A stretch of 55,297 nt of DNA from Octopus bimaculoides (lineage: Eukaryota). Of this stretch, positions 49,401 to 55,297 are shown piece after piece; position 1 is the first letter of the stretch, and each line of letters starts with the position of its first letter. A program made the position numbers and the translations under genes. The stretch spans positions 104,405,411 through 104,460,707 of the forward strand of contig NC_068982.1 of the NCBI RefSeq assembly GCF_001194135.2, given 5' to 3'. Below the pieces are notes generated by a model. That model ran no database searches, had not been told where the DNA came from, and saw only the letters and a list, made by a program, of their open reading frames with translations.

Positions 49401-51824
49401 TTGGAATGCTTGTAGCTGTAACCTGTATGATATAGTGTCTGCATGGATGACAGGGTGAAAACTATCCTATAGTCTGAGTCAAAAGAACCTGGACATTCCT
49501 TCATAGCATCAGTGTTCCTCATCACTTTTGTGTGTAGAAGACAACAGCAGCTGTAGTGTTCATCAGTTTTATGTAATGTGTTTACATTACTGATTCAGTA
49601 TGTTTTTTTGTTAGCCAATCTCAGATAAGTTACAACAGTGTTTATGTTAGTCAACATAAACTGTGTAGGATGATAACACGTTTGTTAGCTATATTAACAA
49701 ACATCAATTCTACAAATCATTTAACATGTGCGATAAGTTGTTTTAGTAACACGTGTTTTTAGAAAACTGACCCCAATACAGCTGTTCATATTTCATATCT
49801 AAGTAATATTAAATGGCTTTATGTATTATTATCATGAATACAAGATTGTAAGTGGAGACATGTGTGAGCAATATGCTTAAATTCAAGAGATTGGTAAGCC
49901 TAATAACAGAATAGCTTCTAGTTATACTAATTGAATATAAAATTACAAAGAAGAGTTTTTAACAAGAGAAACAAGTGACTGCCTTTCTGACTGGTTGACT
50001 AAACAAATGTTTGAATTTATAGGAACAATTGTCTATTTGATAGAGGTATGACAAAATTTGCAGCATAGTAGTAGAAAAGTAAGATGAAAGCTTGGAGTTA
50101 AGTTAAAACTTATATTTGAAGCTGAGATCAAATACGACTCATATTGCTTTCTTTACATATTCATCTCTTCCCCTTCTATTAATTTGAAGGAGTAGCTAAC
50201 TAGATTTCTTAATAGCATTGAAGGTGTGAAATAATTTCAGTCTTGCTATAACTTTAGTTCAAAATAATCTCTTGCTAACAATACAAACTCAGTTTCTTAT
50301 ATAAATATTTTACTTTTAAAAATATTGTGTTCCCTATCAATACATATATTAATGTATTATAAGTGACTAAAGTATTGGACTACTGACCTGTTTGTTATAT
50401 TTTCTACCTCAGATATTTCAATGTCTTCCTGCGGCATTTTTTTTTTTTTTCAATTCTGAAAGCCTTGCTTCATCTAACCCTAGAAATAAATAGCAGAGCT
50501 TATGACAGTGTTATTTATCATACACAAAATAATTTATGTGCTAAGAAATTAAAACTATTAAAAAAGTTTCTACACCTCTTTAGCAACTGGAAACGTCATG
50601 TCACCTCCTGCTACTCTGTTAATAATTTTGATTGAATCATATATTTATGTGTTTTTTTTTTTGGTGGTGGGGGGTTATTGTAAAAATGTCATGATAGAAT
50701 TCAATACATAAGCTTTGTCCTGATTAAAAAGAAATTATGAGTGTAATAGAGAATCATGGGTTATTTTTGAAGGCAACATAATCATATCTAGCTGGTGGAT
50801 TGATACTGAATATTCACTTTGAGAAGAATTCTCTTAAAAATAACCAATGTGTCAACATTCAGATGTGTTGTTGGTTAGGGCCATATTAGCCTGATCGAGC
50901 AACCCTATGATCAATGTGTGTGTTTTAGTTTTCTGGAGATTTAATGCAGACAGAATACTCTTATATGCAACAATGTTATAATTAAAACATTCTAACCATT
51001 TATAACAACATATTCTAGTTAAAAATTACTATAGAAACACAACTAAATACTAAATTCTTAATGAAGCTATAAGTTTCTAAATGTGATATCAAGCTTGTTC
51101 ACCATACATACGCATAAGCATATGACCAACATGCATCATATATGATTTAGAAGCTTATAATTTGGAATTTAGGATTACATAAGTAATTAGCAGTTATTTG
51201 TCAGTTTCTATCAATGTAGTAACAACAACAATTTCTGACCAATTTACATATAAAAGGGGATTTGTTTGTATGATAGTGTATAGAGTAATGTATTATTCAA
51301 AAGACTTCCAACTCTGTCTGTTTGAAACACTTCTGTCACACAGGACCTTGAAGATTGCTAGAAAGCAGGAAAGTATACTAGTCCATAAATATTTAATATT
51401 CAATATTTCATTTATTCAATAAGACATTCAATACTTCATTTCATTTTAATATATATACTATATATTCCATATTCTATATCCCACATTAATTTTATAAGAA
51501 TATAAATAAAACATAAAAAACAGACAGAGTTGGAATTCTTTTGAATAATATATATATATATATATANNNNNNNNNNNNNNNNNNNNNNNNNNNNNNNNNN
51601 NNNNNNNNNNNNNNNNNNNNNNNNNNNNNNNNNNNNNNNNNNNNNNNNNNNNNNNNNNNNNNNNNNNNNNNNNNNNNNNNNNNNNNNNNNNNNNNNNNNN
51701 NNNNNNNNNNNNNNNNNNNNNNNNNNNNNNNNNNNNNNNNNNNNNNNNNATATATATATGTATGTATATGTATGTATGTATATGTATGTATGTATATGTA
51801 TGTATGTATATGTATGTATATATG

Positions 51825-51856
<32 letters not shown>

Positions 51857-53060
51857 TGAGGCTGGATGTATGTTGACTTCAGTTATGGAGCTGTATTCCT
51901 AGTTACATTATTGTATGTGCACATATACACACACACATACACACATTTATGCTCCTCATTTTCATTTGAGTAACAAACTACACAGGACCCCCTCAGATGA
52001 ACTTATCCAAAGCCAACTCAATGATTATTTAAAAAAACTTTTTTCAGTTGTAATCTACCACTAAATGCATAATACATATTTAAACAATGGTTATACACAA
52101 AGAAATTCCAGTAATGTACTCAGTTTGAATCTAGTGTCTCATGAAATTTTCATTTTAGAATTCAGGAATTATCTTCCAAATAACTATTGTGTCTGCTTCC
52201 AGATTTGTTCCTGTTTAAGCCCAGCTTGGCTCTGATCAGATATGCTTCTGATCAAAGTTGTTCCATTTTGAAAGGTTGGGTATAACATGTCTAGGACTAT
52301 ATTATTTACTGTGATCTTTTTGTTATGATAGTTGAGCTTGAGTGATTCAAATAAAATTGAATGTGGATCTCATCAGTTAATAGTAGAAGCCACAAACATC
52401 AATAAATTTGTAAAAGAAGCCTTGTTCAGCATGCAAGAAACGTCAAAGACTAAGGTTTTAACAAAATAATGGTATCGGTAACAAATATGAAAATATTATA
52501 ATTTTAGACAGAAATTATTAAAAATTGGAGAAAATTAATCTTTGGTTTAATAAAAGCCAGATAAAATAAAAACCATGTGCTTCAGAGAGGAATTATATTC
52601 AGTATGAAGAAAACCATGTATTATCTACCTCCTGTTTTTATCATGTGTAATTTTTTTATGCCTCTGCTTTGATGGTATGTTATGTTCTCATCTAAACTTC
52701 CTTGTTACTCTTTCCCTTCAGCATTACAAAGAAGGTCTGAATTGGTACACACAGACAACCAAATAGGTATTCAAATAGATTTATCACTGCCACTACACAT
52801 CTCAATCATTCTTTCTCTCTTCTATGTCTCTTTCTCTCTCCCACTGTGTGTAATTTCACTCTCTCTGTGCCTCACTTCTGCTTTTCTGGCCTTCACTTGC
52901 TCAACTTCACTGTATATTTTGAGGACATTTACAGAGACCTACACATGTGGGTATATATATATAAATAAAATACACATGCATATACTTTTATGTATACATT
53001 ATATATTCATGAATTATATATGTGTATATATTATATATATGTATGCATATTTTGAGTGTA

Positions 53061-53116
<56 letters not shown>

Positions 53117-53599
53117 TATATATGCATATATATGCAAGGCTCCAGTTGAATTACTAAAACTGGCAAAATGAAATGAAATAATAATATATTGCTAACATTA
53201 GTCACTCCAACAGAATACTGAATATAGTTTTGTTATGGAAGTATTCCAAGTCAGTAAAAATATGTATGTATGGGAACCAGGATATGAATCTTTTGTCACT
53301 GGTTTCATATCATCCATTTATTCTCACAAACATTTGTCAAGCTTTCACTGAAGTTTACAGTGGCCACATTAAGTAGTGATGGATGGCAGAGTTTCACATA
53401 TGTAATATGAGGATTTGAGTACTACTTCTTCTGCAGTTGTCTCACTAGGAAGATGGCATTCTTGGTACCTTTTCTCAGCACAAAGCCAAACTAAATTCAT
53501 TTAGCTATTTTTGTTCCTCATCAATCAGGTTATAATTCTGCAAATTTCATAATCAGTTTCATCAATTTGGTAATATTTGATATATATATATATAATTTA

Positions 53600-53703
53600 T
53601 ACATACATGCATGCATACATACATACATACATACATACATACATACATACATACATACATACATACATACATACATACATACATACACACATACATACAT
53701 ATA
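53600..53703. repeat. (CATA)n tetranucleotide repeat
   Basis: Direct inspection. Similar tracts at 30330-30510, 39650-39680 and 51750-51857. Confidence 0.95.
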
Positions 53704-54326
53704 CTATACTTGATAAGCTTATTGTATATAGCGTTCAGGTGCACTACAACTTGTCGTAAAAGAGGGGACAGAAAGCAGCAATAACTAAAGAAATCAGCAA
53801 TGTTAGCTTAAAGCAGATGCAGAGTACACAGAATAAAACACCTGAACACAGAATTGTAAATGGTACCATGGAATCTTTGAAGAATGTACTGTCCTAACAG
53901 CTAACAACTAATGTAAATAGCTTATTCTATTCTGAACATAACGAAAAAAAATGTTTCCAAAAGTCATGGATGCTGTGTTATTTTTTGATATATTAAACAT
54001 GTTCCCAGGTGGTAAAGATGCTGGATCATAAAAGGTGACCAAAGTTGTTGTTGGAAAGATAGTGGATAATGTTATGGGATTTTTGCCAAGTCACTTACTA
54101 AACATTGAAGATTTAGTGTGTCAGTGCCCAGAGAAGCAAAGGTCCAAGAATTTGAGAATTTTTCTTTGATAATTTAACTGATTTTTCTCAATACAGATCA
54201 GGACCATGGCAAAAGAATTAAGCCAAGATGAATTTTTTTAATATCAAAACTCTTTCCAAGCAATGCAAACTTGTCTTATTTTGGGAATTTTATACACGTA
54301 TATATATATATAATATGTACATGTGT

Positions 54327-54429
<103 letters not shown>

Positions 54430-55264
54430 CATATGTATATATACACACACACACAAATATATTAAAATATATACATACACAAACATAACCACACACTATA
54501 TATAATTGCATGTATGTATATAGATAGAGAAAAGGTTATCCCTTTATAAGTCAAGGTTTTTCTTTTTACATTCTAGTTTGTATTGTGTATTGTCCAAAAA
54601 TTTTGATCACATGATCTTGTTAGAGTTATCTCCCTTAATTATTGTTGTTTAGATCTTAAACATCTCCAGAGACAGATATTGTCCCTCATTACAAGGATAA
54701 TATTAATTAATTGAAGTTTTTCAACTCTTTATATTACATATCGTGAGACTCTATCCTATGTATACTTTCTATGTATGCATATAAGTTATCAAGCAAATAT
54801 ACATACATTTTGTGTAAATGTTTATTAGCACATATTCATGTAATCACATAAACACATATCACAGCATTATCTTTCTCAAAGATTTTCTCTATTCTTTTTT
54901 CTTGCCACCCCACCTATATTCTTCCATTTCTTAATGTATTCTAGATACTTGCTTATTCTGTTGTTTCTCATTGTTTCTTGGCAAGACAACTCTTGCATTT
55001 CCATCAGTGTTCATCTGGGGATTTGGTTATATTGGTTGGTGATTTCTTTCTTTCTTTTTAAGCTATTTTAGAGAAAACCTCAATGCTTAAGTAACATCTA
55101 ATGTATTCTTAATCTTTTGCACATTTTCAGCTTTCAGTTGACTTCTGGAAAAAATCTTTGCTTGGTGCTTTCTGGCTTTTTCTTATCTCTCTTCATTCCT
55201 CTCACCATATTCTCTTTTCCTCATTCTCTCATTCTCCAACTGCTTAAACTTTTTTGTGAGTTGA

Positions 55265-55297
<33 letters not shown>

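Noticed and set aside
52682-53149. 155-aa ORF
   Set aside because: Low-complexity and runs into (TA)n; no recognisable domain or splice context.
54170-54231. Good acceptor (ctgatttttctcaatacAG) giving [11 protein letters not shown] then stop
   Set aside because: No donor before the stop and no homology. A truncated terminal exon cannot be supported from sequence alone.

Overview
This is AT-rich animal genomic DNA, dense in microsatellites, with six N-gaps. The repeat landscape and the protein sequence point to a coleoid cephalopod, probably Octopus (inference). The whole window lies inside one + strand gene, slowpoke (Slo1/KCNMA1), the BK large-conductance Ca2+-activated K+ channel alpha subunit. 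Seven GT-AG exons (1193-1303, 4868-4973, 13687-13839, 15531-15686, 20598-20710, 32127-32285, 34342-34418; 875 nt) splice in frame. They encode the RCK1 domain through the CxxCH heme motif ([27 protein letters not shown]...[14 protein letters not shown]...KKCRCRP). The most interesting signal is a series of phase-1, frame-preserving mini/microexons in the RCK1-RCK2 linker: 36 nt (well supported), 6 nt (plausible) and 21 nt with a GC donor (tentative). Nearby are a possible recursive AG|GTAAGT site, a triple TGCATG cluster and a YCAY-rich ~36-bp minisatellite. The rest is intron, holding at least four SINE-like families, RTE LINE fossils, an R4/Dong-like 3' end in (TAA)n, a pogo-like transposase fossil and simple repeats. 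Almost all ORFs in the supplied track are microsatellite or low-complexity artefacts. Orthologue comparisons are from memory, not database searches.
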